Shown here in pieces: positions 39,093-47,728 of a stretch of DNA of 64,000 nt (position 1 is its first letter; every line of letters begins with the position of its first letter). Below the pieces are notes generated by a model, which was given only the letters and a program-made list of their open reading frames with translations, searched no databases and was not told where the DNA came from. Made by a program: the position numbers and the translations under genes. Source of the stretch: Candidatus Nanohalarchaeota archaeon (GTDB lineage: Archaea > Nanohalarchaeota > Nanosalinia > Nanosalinales > Nanosalinaceae); the NCBI GenBank assembly GCA_022729235.1, contig JALDAJ010000001.1, positions 544,001-608,000 of the forward strand. The letters are read 5' to 3'.

Positions 39093-39802
39093 GAATCACC
39101 TGAACTCTTCTTGTTACCTGTTCTCCGTGCAGAGATGCTTCCTACCTTGCTACCTGGTGAGGCGTGGCGCGAAACTGTCTTCGGCTGTCCTGGCTTTGCA
39201 GAACCTCCGAATGGGTGGTCGACCGCGTTCATTGCTACTGCGGAAACCGTTGGGTACTTCTTGCCTCTTGCCTTCATCGCCTTGCTCTTATTTCCTGCCT
39301 TGACGAATGGTTTGTCTTTTCTTCCGCCACCTGCAACCTTTCCGACAGTGGCTCTGCAGTTAGCATCCATCTTCTTGAACTCTTTACTTGGTAGCCTTAT
39401 TCTTACACCGTCTTTCTCATGTGTTACAACGAAAGCGTATGTTCCAGAAGATCTAACGAGTTTACCTCCGTCATTCGGCTGTAATTCGATGTTGTGAATC
39501 GGTACTCCTTCAGGGATTTCCCCGAGTGGTAGTACGTTTCCTTCTTCGATTGGTGCGGAGATTCCGACTTCGATCTCGTCTCCGACGTGAAGGTTTTCAG
39601 GAGCAAGGATGTTTCTTACGTCACCGTCCTCGAACTCCACTGCTGCTACCGGCGCGGTTCTTGCGGGATCGTGGACTATATCTACGACTGTCCCTGTCGT
39701 TTCGGCGTTCTTGTGCTCCACATCGCCCTTACCCCTGTGGGTCTTGGCCTGCCACGTGGAGCTTCCTTTTCCTCTTCTCTGTTGTCTGATTGGTGATCCC
39801 AT
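39083..39802 (-). CDS. rpl2: Ribosomal protein L2
   Basis: HDPAR.AP, GGKLVRSSG, AMNAVDHPFGG. Confidence 0.97.
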   Translation of the reverse strand: MGSPIRQQRRGKGSSTWQAKTHRGKGDVEHKNAETTGTVVDIVHDPARTAPVAAVEFEDGDVRNILAPENLHVGDEIEVGISAPIEEGNVLPLGEIPEGVPIHNIELQPNDGGKLVRSSGTYAFVVTHEKDGVRIRLPSKEFKKMDANCRATVGKVAGGGRKDKPFVKAGNKSKAMKARGKKYPTVSAVAMNAVDHPFGGSAKPGQPKTVSRHASPGSKVGSISARRTGNKKSSGDSDE

Positions 39803-39815
39803 CTTGGTAACCTCT

Positions 39816-40085
39816 CTAAATCATGCCGAGCCGGGTCGCGACATCCATCGCGTCGTCTTCCGCGCTCAGCCTGACGAAAGCCTTTTTCTTGGCCTGTGGT
39901 GTGATAGTAGTGTTTACTTTTTTAACCGTGACACCGAACAGTTCTTCGACCGCGTCTTCTACCTGGTTCTTGTTCGCGTCGATGTCAACCATCAGTACAA
40001 GCGTATTATCCTCGTCTACCTTGTCCATCGCTTTCTCTGTGAGGTGCGGGTTCTCGATTATGTTCCATGCCTGTTCTTCTTCCAT
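39816..40085 (-). CDS. rpl23: Ribosomal protein L23
   Basis: P..TEKA, NTLV..V, KVNT, KKA.VRL. Confidence 0.95.
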   Translation of the reverse strand: MEEEQAWNIIENPHLTEKAMDKVDEDNTLVLMVDIDANKNQVEDAVEELFGVTVKKVNTTITPQAKKKAFVRLSAEDDAMDVATRLGMI

Positions 40086-40091
40086 TGTTTA

Positions 40092-40847
40092 TCAATCCAC
40101 GAAGAGCTGTTCTTCTCGGAGTTTTTCGAGAGCTTCGTCGCTCCAGACGATAAGCCTTCCTGGTTGTGTGCCGGGTGCTAGAAGCTCTGCGTTAAGGTTT
40201 TCCACGCGGACTGTTTCGACTCCAGGAAGGTTGTTCGATGCCTGGAATACTCCGTTGTCGTCCGCGACAACTAGTAGAGGACCAACCTTTCTCTTGTATT
40301 TTCTTCCCCTATTGGCTCCTCTGCCGGCTCTTACTTTCTTCTCGCTGACACGTTCGAGTTCTTCTTCGAGCCCGAGGTCTTCAAGTGCCTCTTTCAGTTC
40401 TGCAGTCTTTTCTATTCCCTCGATATCTTCTACTATAGGCAGGTTGCCGTCGTATTCGTGTCTTTCCTGTACAAGTTCGGCGTCGTTTGATGCTGCGATT
40501 CCGGACCTGATGGCTTTTCTTCTCTCTTTGTCGTTGATTTCTTCGTCCCAGTCTTTCTTCGCTTTAGGTCCGTGCGCTCTTCTACCGCCTCTGGTGTTCG
40601 GTGATTCCGCGCCGATTCCAGAGATCTGGCTTCCTCTTCTGAATACGATTTTCCGCGGTGTCCTTGACTGTCCGCGCCCTTTCTGTCCTCTGTACGCGTT
40701 GTTTCTTTTCTTCCAGTACGTTACGTGCTGTAGCCCTGCTTCTTCTGCGTGACCGTATGGTTGACGGTTCTTGGACTGGATGGATAATACTGCGCGCTTT
40801 ATGATATCCGGTCTTACTCTTTCGTTGAACTGCTCTGGTAGCTCCAT
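40092..40847 (-). CDS. rpl4: Ribosomal protein L4
   Basis: RPDII.RAV, RQPYG, GGRRAH.P, RAG.G..RGR, LAPG..PGRL. Confidence 0.95.
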   Translation of the reverse strand: MELPEQFNERVRPDIIKRAVLSIQSKNRQPYGHAEEAGLQHVTYWKKRNNAYRGQKGRGQSRTPRKIVFRRGSQISGIGAESPNTRGGRRAHGPKAKKDWDEEINDKERRKAIRSGIAASNDAELVQERHEYDGNLPIVEDIEGIEKTAELKEALEDLGLEEELERVSEKKVRAGRGANRGRKYKRKVGPLLVVADDNGVFQASNNLPGVETVRVENLNAELLAPGTQPGRLIVWSDEALEKLREEQLFVD

Positions 40848-40854
40848 TTTCTAT

Positions 40855-41826
40855 TCACCTGTCGATGTGTGTTATCTCTGGTTCTCCTGGGTTTTTGTCT
40901 TTCCTGAGTGCGGTTCTCAGCCTTACGAGTCTCTTTTCCGGTCCTGGAACAGAGCCCTTGATTATTATGTAGTTAGAATTGACTTCTCCATAGTTCTTGA
41001 ACCCGCCTTCGCGCTGAACTTCTTCCGGGTCCTCTCCGTGGTCGATTATCCTCTTGTTGAGCTCTGTTCTATTGTTAAAGCCCTGTTGTCCGGGCAGTGG
41101 AACTCTCCATGAAAGTTTGTCAGGGTGCCACGGTCCGACGTTTCCCGCCTTTCTCCTCTTCTTCTGGGTCTTGTGACCGAGCTTCTTGATTCCGTAACGC
41201 TTGACAGGTCCTTCGACCCCTTTACCTTTGGTTACTGCGACTACGTCCGAGTACTCTCCGGGCTCGAAAACGTCCGAGAACTCGATTTCCTTTCCAATCA
41301 TTTCTTCCGCGTATTCCAGCTGTTCTTCTACGTCTCCGCCGAGCGCTACTTCAAAGTTCTCCGCTTTCTTCTTGGAGAGTCCTGCCTCCTGGGGCTGTGT
41401 GTGGACAAGTAGGCGGACCTCTGTAAGTTCGTCTTTGATTTCTTTAGCTGCTTCGAGGTTGTCCATATTTCCTTCTTTCGGAACGTCAGTTGCTCTCTGT
41501 AGCTCTTTTGCGGGCGAGTCTGTCCAGACCTCGGTGAAGACCTGTTTGCCCGTGTTGATGTCTTCAGTGTAGAAGCGTGCACCGTAAACTCTGAGGGGCG
41601 GTGCTTCTAGTATCGTTACTGGTGTCGCGATTTCCTGACCCTGCGTGGCACCTTCTGTATCGTCTATCATCAGGACTCTGCTCATCCCTACCTTGTAGCC
41701 CGCGAATCCGAGCGGTTTCAGTTCACCTGTTTCTTCCCACGTATCTATCTCTGGGTAGATCCTTTCCGCCCTTACCTTGGGCTTGTATCCGAGTGATCCG
41801 CTTCTTGGTACGCTTGGGTCTGACAT
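40855..41826 (-). CDS. rpl3: Ribosomal protein L3
   Basis: PR.GSL, GFAGYKVGM, TKGKG..GPVKR.G, G..GPW.P, KGSVPG. Confidence 0.97.
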   Translation of the reverse strand: MSDPSVPRSGSLGYKPKVRAERIYPEIDTWEETGELKPLGFAGYKVGMSRVLMIDDTEGATQGQEIATPVTILEAPPLRVYGARFYTEDINTGKQVFTEVWTDSPAKELQRATDVPKEGNMDNLEAAKEIKDELTEVRLLVHTQPQEAGLSKKKAENFEVALGGDVEEQLEYAEEMIGKEIEFSDVFEPGEYSDVVAVTKGKGVEGPVKRYGIKKLGHKTQKKRRKAGNVGPWHPDKLSWRVPLPGQQGFNNRTELNKRIIDHGEDPEEVQREGGFKNYGEVNSNYIIIKGSVPGPEKRLVRLRTALRKDKNPGEPEITHIDR

Positions 41827-41840
41827 AGTTGATTATTCAC

Positions 41841-41984
41841 CTCGAAACTGCCTGGCAGTTTCTGCGATTGCATGAACTCCTCAGGAGTTCAGCAAGTTCC
41901 ATAGGCCTCGCAAGAGGCTTGTCCATCCGAGAACTCGAAACTCCATATAGGAGTTTCTGCGACCCCGGAACCTTAGGCTCCGGG
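41841..41984 (-). repeat. Five-hairpin cluster in the rpl3 leader, including two CTCGAAACT...AGTTTCTGCGA units
   Basis: Units at 41841-41867 and 41934-41962; other hairpins at 41873, 41905 and 41964. Confidence 0.75.
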
Positions 41985-42054
41985 CATCTAGATGGTAATT
42001 CAACAGTCACAACCAAGTTTTATAAAGGGAGCGATAGGGTGATTAGAAGCGCAA

Positions 42055-42249
42055 CTATGTATTGTAATCCAGGATGTCTTCGGCTATCTTTCTGAACTCC
42101 TCGCTGTCTAAATCTTCTATCTCTTCCCTGACTTCTTCCTCGGGAAGGTCGGCGAGCATGTCCTCTATCTCTTCCTGAAGTTTCTCCTCTATCTCCGCGT
42201 CGCCGGTGTTCGTCCTTGAGAACTCGTGCCGTATTTTTTCTAGGGACAT
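42055..42249 (-). CDS. Small acidic hypothetical protein
   Basis: 64-aa ORF directly after rtcB. Confidence 0.5.
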   Translation of the reverse strand: MSLEKIRHEFSRTNTGDAEIEEKLQEEIEDMLADLPEEEVREEIEDLDSEEFRKIAEDILDYNT

Positions 42250-42263
42250 GTATTCTACTGTAG

Positions 42264-45110
42264 CTAACCCTTTATGTTCGCGATGGGTGTTGTGCGCACG
42301 ACTTTCTCTCCGATTCCGAGTTCGTCGGAGACCTTGATTACCTCGTCCACGTCCTTGTAGGCGCCCGGCGCCTCCTCCGCGACGGTTGAGCCTGAGGCAG
42401 CCTTCACGTAGACTCCGTCGCGCTCTAGCTCCTGCATTAAGCGTTCGCCGTAGTAGTCCTGCTTCGCCTGCGTTCTTGACATGAGCCTTCCGGCGCCGTG
42501 TGCCGTAGAGCCGAACGATATCTCAAGCGATTCCTGTCCGCCAGACAGGATGTAGCTGGAGGTTCCCATAGTTCCTGGGATGAGGACGGGCTGTCCGACG
42601 TCTTGATACACGTCTGGCACCTCTTCACGCCCAGCAGGCATCGCTCTAGTCGCGCCTTTACGGTGTACCAGAAGCTCCTTCTCCTCTCCGTCGACTTCAT
42701 GCATCTCTTTCTTGGCGATGTTGTGGCACACGTCGTACACCAGGTCTACGGTTACGTCTTCAGCGATGAGGTTGAGCGCTTCCCTGACGGCCTCCGTCAT
42801 GGCCTGCCTGTTTGCCCACGCGAAGTTGGCGGCGGCGTTCATCGCGTTCCAGTAGTCCTGGCCGAGCCTATCTCCGAGTGGTGCGTAGATCAGCTCCTTA
42901 TCAGGTATGGCATCAACTATTTCAGGGTAGTTCTCCTCGAACTTTCTGAGGTACTCGGTGCAGGTCTGGTGGCCCAGTCCCCGTGACCCGGAGTGAATCA
43001 TAACTACTATCTGGTCTTCTTCCAGGCCGTATGCCTCCGCCTTTTCATCGCTGTATACATCCTCGACTTTTTGAACCTCGAGGAAGTGGTTTCCGCTTCC
43101 AAGGGAGCCGAGCTGACCGACTCCTCTCTTTTTGGCTTTTTCTGGCACTTTGCTGGCATCTCCGTCCAGGCGACCGTTTTCCTCGCACCGTTCCAGGTCT
43201 TCCTCCTTTGCGTGTCCGTTCTCCAGCATCCATTCCATTCCTTTCTCCAGTATCTTTTCCAGGTCGTCGCGGTCGATTTCCAGGTATCCTCTACCACCAA
43301 GTCCGGTAGGTACCTTACTGAAGAGGACGTTTGCAAGTTGCTGTTCCTTGCCCTCTATGTCTTCGTAGGTCAGGCTGGTTCTGAGAACTCTTACTCCGCA
43401 GTTAGATACTATAAACTGGTTTGAAATGAAATTGTGTGCTTCATGTTTTACTCCGATGTCATAAACCTTTTCTTTTCCTGTTTTTTCTATGTGCTTAACT
43501 GTTGCTTTCACTGCTAGATTGTCTTTCACTTCTATATCTTCTGTGAATTCCTCGTAGCCGGGGAATTCTTTGGGCGGTCTTGAAGTGGTTTTCCTGCCCG
43601 AGTATATGCTTCTCTCTATAAACCTGTTGTTGATATCAAATCTCTGCTTTAGTTCCTTAGGTGCTACATTATTTTCATAGAGTTCAACGCATTTCTCTGC
43701 GATTTTCTCTCTTCTCTCAATAGCTTTCTGCTTGGTCTTAAGGTACTGTGTTGCTTTAACTGCTTTCTTCTGTTTCTCAAGGTTGTATCTGTATCCGATT
43801 CTGGTGAAGAACCGGATCAGGTTTTCAGAGTCATTTTTTATTCCGAGTCGGAACCTGATAACTTCTCCATTTTTGTTCTCGTTTGTTTCAAATTCTTCGA
43901 TCTGGTTTGTTTCTATGTCCATCTGTTTCAGGACTCTCTTGATTTCCTGCATAAACTTTCTTCCGGATTCCCTGGCTTCAATGTTCTTGTTCTGTGATAC
44001 CTTGGGACAGTAAAGATTTTTGTCATGCTGCGCTTTAGGAGAACTCATTTCTGCACCGAAAAAGGCGGATAGATAAAGTGCGACCTGCCAGTCTGCAAGT
44101 TCTGAGAGTTGCTCTGGTGTTGTGAACTCTTCTTTCGTCTTAGTTCCTTCAGGAACTCCGATTTTGGTCAGTAGTTTCCTGAAGGCCTTCGATGTTGACT
44201 TGATACTGTATTCGGTTCTCTGGAATTCTCTGTCTTTTACCTCGTGTTTTCTTTCTCTTGAATAGATGGGGGAGGGCTTGAATCCGAGTTCTTCGATGTC
44301 TTTCTGTATCTGCTTCAGGTCTTTTTCCTTACCGTAGAAAGTAGTTTCTCCGTGATTGTTGAAAGACCCGTCACCTGTGTGGAATCCTGCCAGCTTCAGC
44401 AAGATGTTGAACTCTCTGTCAGTAGTTTTCAACGGCAGTAAATCTCTTTTCTCCAGCGCCTGCACGAGCTGCTGGCTCTCGTCTTTGAAATCTTCTCTCG
44501 TGAGAACCTCTTTTTCTTTAGGGTCTTCGTCAGGAAGGCCCTTGAACGGTCGTAGGTATACTTGTGATCCTTCAGAGATCTTATCAAGTTTTTTCATACC
44601 TTCCGTTGTAAGGAAAGGATGGTCTCCTGTTGCCTTGATTTTCTCGCCAGTTTCTGTTTCGACTTTGTATACTTCTTTTTCTTCTTTTTCTGTGAATAAC
44701 TGGATTCGTGACTCGACGGGTTTCTCGGCGGTTACAACCGCCTTTTCTTTATGGAAGTTATTCTTTAGTTTTTCAATCTCTGTAGATCTCCCGAACTCCA
44801 ACAAAACCTCTGAATCGCCCGTTAAGCAGTTTATATCATAGCCGATTCCTCCGGGGCTTATAACTCCGTTTTCAGTGTCTACAGCTGCGACTCCTCCGAT
44901 AGGGAAGCCGTAGCCCTGGTGGCCGTCTGGCATCACGATAGAGTATTTCTGGATGCCGGGCAGTGTCGCAACGTTTTTCACCTGTTCCAGGGTGTCGTCC
45001 TGTTTGATTTCTTCCAGCAGTTCTTCTGAGGCGTAAACTCTGCCAGGGACGTTCATTTTTCCCTCCTTCGGGATTTCGTAGACGTTCTCTGATACTTTGT
45101 TTAGTTCCAT
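42264..45110 (-). CDS. rtcB: RNA ligase RtcB (intein-containing)
   Basis: MPD.H.GYGFPIG, GYDIN|CG, GSGNHFLE, HSGSRG, HN, HRKGA, HGAGR. Confidence 0.96.
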   Translation of the reverse strand: MELNKVSENVYEIPKEGKMNVPGRVYASEELLEEIKQDDTLEQVKNVATLPGIQKYSIVMPDGHQGYGFPIGGVAAVDTENGVISPGGIGYDINCLTGDSEVLLEFGRSTEIEKLKNNFHKEKAVVTAEKPVESRIQLFTEKEEKEVYKVETETGEKIKATGDHPFLTTEGMKKLDKISEGSQVYLRPFKGLPDEDPKEKEVLTREDFKDESQQLVQALEKRDLLPLKTTDREFNILLKLAGFHTGDGSFNNHGETTFYGKEKDLKQIQKDIEELGFKPSPIYSRERKHEVKDREFQRTEYSIKSTSKAFRKLLTKIGVPEGTKTKEEFTTPEQLSELADWQVALYLSAFFGAEMSSPKAQHDKNLYCPKVSQNKNIEARESGRKFMQEIKRVLKQMDIETNQIEEFETNENKNGEVIRFRLGIKNDSENLIRFFTRIGYRYNLEKQKKAVKATQYLKTKQKAIERREKIAEKCVELYENNVAPKELKQRFDINNRFIERSIYSGRKTTSRPPKEFPGYEEFTEDIEVKDNLAVKATVKHIEKTGKEKVYDIGVKHEAHNFISNQFIVSNCGVRVLRTSLTYEDIEGKEQQLANVLFSKVPTGLGGRGYLEIDRDDLEKILEKGMEWMLENGHAKEEDLERCEENGRLDGDASKVPEKAKKRGVGQLGSLGSGNHFLEVQKVEDVYSDEKAEAYGLEEDQIVVMIHSGSRGLGHQTCTEYLRKFEENYPEIVDAIPDKELIYAPLGDRLGQDYWNAMNAAANFAWANRQAMTEAVREALNLIAEDVTVDLVYDVCHNIAKKEMHEVDGEEKELLVHRKGATRAMPAGREEVPDVYQDVGQPVLIPGTMGTSSYILSGGQESLEISFGSTAHGAGRLMSRTQAKQDYYGERLMQELERDGVYVKAASGSTVAEEAPGAYKDVDEVIKVSDELGIGEKVVRTTPIANIKG
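43401..44828 (-). mobile_element. Intein with LAGLIDADG homing endonuclease, 476 aa
   Basis: Starts CLTGD after GYDIN; block B ATGDHPF; LAGFHTGDG; VYDI.V...HNF; ends VSN before extein Cys; lower GC. Confidence 0.93.
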
Positions 45111-45153
45111 GTTATCTCCTTGGCGGGTAAGCTTTTTACAAACTGAGGGGCTT

Positions 45154-45203
45154 TGTAATACAGATTAAGGATTAATCGGGTTATAAGGTGTTTTTGTATT
45201 ACA
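45154..45203. repeat. 50-bp element TGTAATACA-N32-TGTATTACA, copy 2
   Basis: Ungapped match to 18242-18291. Confidence 0.75.
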
Positions 45204-45617
45204 TCAGATGTCCAGCACGGTTTCGATAACCCATTCGCCGTCTCCGTGTTCGACTTTCATCTCGTTGTAGGTCGGTCCCTTGACATCGAGATATGAGCCG
45301 CCGGGGTCGATGGTGTCGGTAAGTATGTCTGCTGTGAGTCGGTACCCTTTGTCTGTTTCTTCTATATCGGCGTTTTCGGCTTCACAGACTATGACTCCTT
45401 CGGTGTCTTGAAGGAATATCAGCTCGTCCATGAAGTCAAACAGCAGCGCCTCCAGGTTCTCTGACTCTACCTCTATATCGTAACCTACCTGTCCGGTCTC
45501 GCCGTCGCCGACGACCGCCCCAAAACCTTTTACTGCCTCGGAGAAGACACCTTCCAGTGTTTCTCCTGTGGCGCGGAACTTGATATCTGCGGTGTGTTCA
45601 AGTATCTCGTACGGCAT
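45204..45617 (-). CDS. Archease
   Basis: EHTAD, LL.DF..EL, VKG.TY, LDI; adjacent to rtcB. Confidence 0.93.
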   Translation of the reverse strand: MPYEILEHTADIKFRATGETLEGVFSEAVKGFGAVVGDGETGQVGYDIEVESENLEALLFDFMDELIFLQDTEGVIVCEAENADIEETDKGYRLTADILTDTIDPGGSYLDVKGPTYNEMKVEHGDGEWVIETVLDI

Positions 45618-45618
45618 C

Positions 45619-46206
45619 TCAGTTGAACCTCTCTGGAAACAGCTTTTCCAGGATTTCGTCTACAAGCTGGTTTTGTTCCTCGATACTTAATTCAGTGTTG
45701 TCCATTATGATGTCGTAGATATCCCTCTCTTCCGGGTTGATGCCGTAGTAGTCCTCGTAGCGCTGGTAGTCCTCTGTATCCCGTTTCTCCACTATCTCTT
45801 CCGCCTCTTCTGGATCGTAACCATCACGTTCCGCTGTCCTTTTAGCTCTCTCGGAGAGATCTGCCTCCACGTAAATTCTGAGATCTGAGTAGTCGCCGAG
45901 CGCCCATGATGGAAGCCTGCCGTCTATCACACAAGATTTCTTGAGACCTCTCTCCAGGGTTCTCCGGTCGATTTCCAGGTCAATTTCTTTCTCCGCCTCT
46001 TCTGACAGTTCGTGATCTTCAAGCCCGCGTTCCTCCGCTACCTGGTAGAAAACGTCGCTGGCAGAGAAATGTTCTATACCGAGTCTTTGCGCTATGTGTT
46101 CTGCAATAGTTCCCTTTCCCGCGCCTGCAGGACCGTCTACTGTGATGACGATATCTGATTCTTTCTCCCGGTCACTGTTCTGGAATTCTTCTATGTAACT
46201 TCCCAT
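45619..46206 (-). CDS. cmk: Cytidylate kinase (archaeal type)
   Basis: DGPAGAGKGT, D.EID, DGRL, RY..YYGI. Confidence 0.88.
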   Translation of the reverse strand: MGSYIEEFQNSDREKESDIVITVDGPAGAGKGTIAEHIAQRLGIEHFSASDVFYQVAEERGLEDHELSEEAEKEIDLEIDRRTLERGLKKSCVIDGRLPSWALGDYSDLRIYVEADLSERAKRTAERDGYDPEEAEEIVEKRDTEDYQRYEDYYGINPEERDIYDIIMDNTELSIEEQNQLVDEILEKLFPERFN

Positions 46207-46230
46207 GTCCTCGGATTCTCTCGCGGTATT

Positions 46231-46467
46231 TTATTCGTTCTGGTCAATCCACTTTTTGGCGCGGGAAATCATCTCTTCTTTCAGTCCGATGAAGACTCCG
46301 CCGTTCTTACCGCCGACAAACGTGTTCTCTCCCGGCTCTATTATCTCGTTGAGTTCCTCGTGTTCGACGTCGATGTGGACGTTCTGCGACCCCGAGTCCT
46401 CGTCTTTTTTATGGACGTAAACTTTGGCGTCTTCCAGCTCAATCTTGGACTTGTGTGGTCCTGCCAT
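46231..46467 (-). CDS. Small hypothetical protein
   Basis: 78 aa; HIDVEH..LN.II and GGK.GG.FIGLK motifs look conserved. Confidence 0.65.
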   Translation of the reverse strand: MAGPHKSKIELEDAKVYVHKKDEDSGSQNVHIDVEHEELNEIIEPGENTFVGGKNGGVFIGLKEEMISRAKKWIDQNE

Positions 46468-46501
46468 GAAGAATTATTAGTTGTAGAGTATGAAGAATGT
46501 T

Positions 46502-46726
46502 CGCCGGGACTGTTCGAAGACTCTAGAGTTCCTGCATTGTGACCGGTGTTGCCGGTCGACCACCGGAGGTGGTCACTATGATCGAACTTGGTAAAGTTCG
46601 CCGGGACTGGGTTCGAAAATCAAAAGATTTTCTGCAACTCGAAACCAGAACTTGGTTTCTCGGATTTGAACCCTGAACTTCTCGTGAGAGATGTGAGGAT
46701 AATCAAATCCAGCAAGGCGTCAAAGA
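46502..46726. repeat. Partial tRNA-Ser 3'-end copies interleaved with hairpins
   Basis: cgccgggactg at 46502 and 46599; ggatttgaaccc at 46662; hairpins at 46583, 46612 and 46638. Confidence 0.75.
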
Positions 46727-46815
46727 CGCCGGGACTGGGATTTGAACCCAGGAGGGCCGTCACAGCCCACTGGTTCTCAAGACCAGCGCGATCAGCCAGA
46801 CTCCGCCATCCCGGC
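46727..46815 (-). tRNA. tRNA-Ser(TGA)
   Basis: GCCGGGA acceptor, CTGGT-CTTGAGA-ACCAG anticodon arm, long variable arm, CTGGG-TTCAAAT-CCCAG, G discriminator. Confidence 0.93.
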
Positions 46816-46923
46816 AGATTATAAATCTGCTGTGGATACAGAAACTCTTATGAGTTCCGAAGATTGTAAAATCTTCAGGACGTAGAAGATCCGTAGTGGA
46901 TCTTCGAGTTTCGCATCCCGGCA
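46816..46923. repeat. Nested hairpin doublets upstream of tRNA-Ser with duplicated 5' end
   Basis: catcccggca at 46807 and 46914; inner gagtt duplication at 46852 and 46906. Confidence 0.75.
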
Positions 46924-47000
46924 ATAAGTCTAGTAGAAGTTAGCTGCTGGAAGATTTAAATTAGAGGAGGTTTTTTAGCCCGGAAAAAGAAATCTGGCTT

Positions 47001-47369
47001 ATGAAGGATGTTAAAAGAACAGAGGCGGTTATCGGTCTTACCTTTGCGTTTCTAGTTGTTCTGGGCTCTATAACTCTTTTCGGGGATATGGGTTACTACG
47101 TTATCTGGAGTTACGTTGGGCTAGTATTTTTGTCTGGATTCCTATCTTATGCAGTCGCTTTTAGGTTGACTGGAGATATAGTGAGAAGTGTCTACGCTTT
47201 TTTAGCTAGTTTGGTCGCAGTTATCTCTGTTTCAGTATTCTATGGGCGGATGATTCTCGCTGAACCTTTCTATATAGATTTTGTGGCGTTTGTAACTTCC
47301 GCGGTCTTACTAGGTGCGGTAATAACAGGAGGTCTAGGAGCCTACTTGTTTTCTAGATGGAGAATGTAG
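47001..47369 (+). CDS. Hypothetical 4-TM membrane protein
   Basis: Hydrophobic 122-aa ORF. Confidence 0.6.
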   Translation: MKDVKRTEAVIGLTFAFLVVLGSITLFGDMGYYVIWSYVGLVFLSGFLSYAVAFRLTGDIVRSVYAFLASLVAVISVSVFYGRMILAEPFYIDFVAFVTSAVLLGAVITGGLGAYLFSRWRM

Positions 47370-47379
47370 TAAAGAAGAA

Positions 47380-47688
47380 TCACTCAGTCAGCTCGATTTC
47401 GATGTCGACGCCTTCCGGGACGTGGACACGCATGACCTGGCGTAGTGCGCGTTCGCTTTCCTTGATGTCGATCAGGCGGTTGTGGACGTGCATCTCGTAG
47501 CGTTCGATTGTCTCGCTTCCTTCTCCGTCGGGAGCTTTTCTAGTCGGGATCTCTAGAACGTTTGTTGGTAGAGGTACTGGTCCTGAAACTGTAGCGTTGT
47601 ACTCCTTCCCGATCTCTACTACTTCTTCCGCCAGTTCGTCAATCTTTCCCTGGTCGGTGCTCCGTAGTTTTACACGTGCCTTCTGCAT
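47380..47688 (-). CDS. rps10: Ribosomal protein S10
   Basis: GPVPLPT, RK.PDGEG, YEM.VH.RLID. Confidence 0.96.
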   Translation of the reverse strand: MQKARVKLRSTDQGKIDELAEEVVEIGKEYNATVSGPVPLPTNVLEIPTRKAPDGEGSETIERYEMHVHNRLIDIKESERALRQVMRVHVPEGVDIEIELTE

Positions 47689-47728
47689 AGCAATCTAGTT
47701 GGAGTTAAATCTTATAAATGGTGCAGAG

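Noticed and set aside
46588-46824. 78-aa ORF overlapping tRNA-Ser and 88-aa ORF at 41829-42095
   Set aside because: They are antisense to a tRNA or run through hairpin repeats, and their composition is unlike the acidic proteome.
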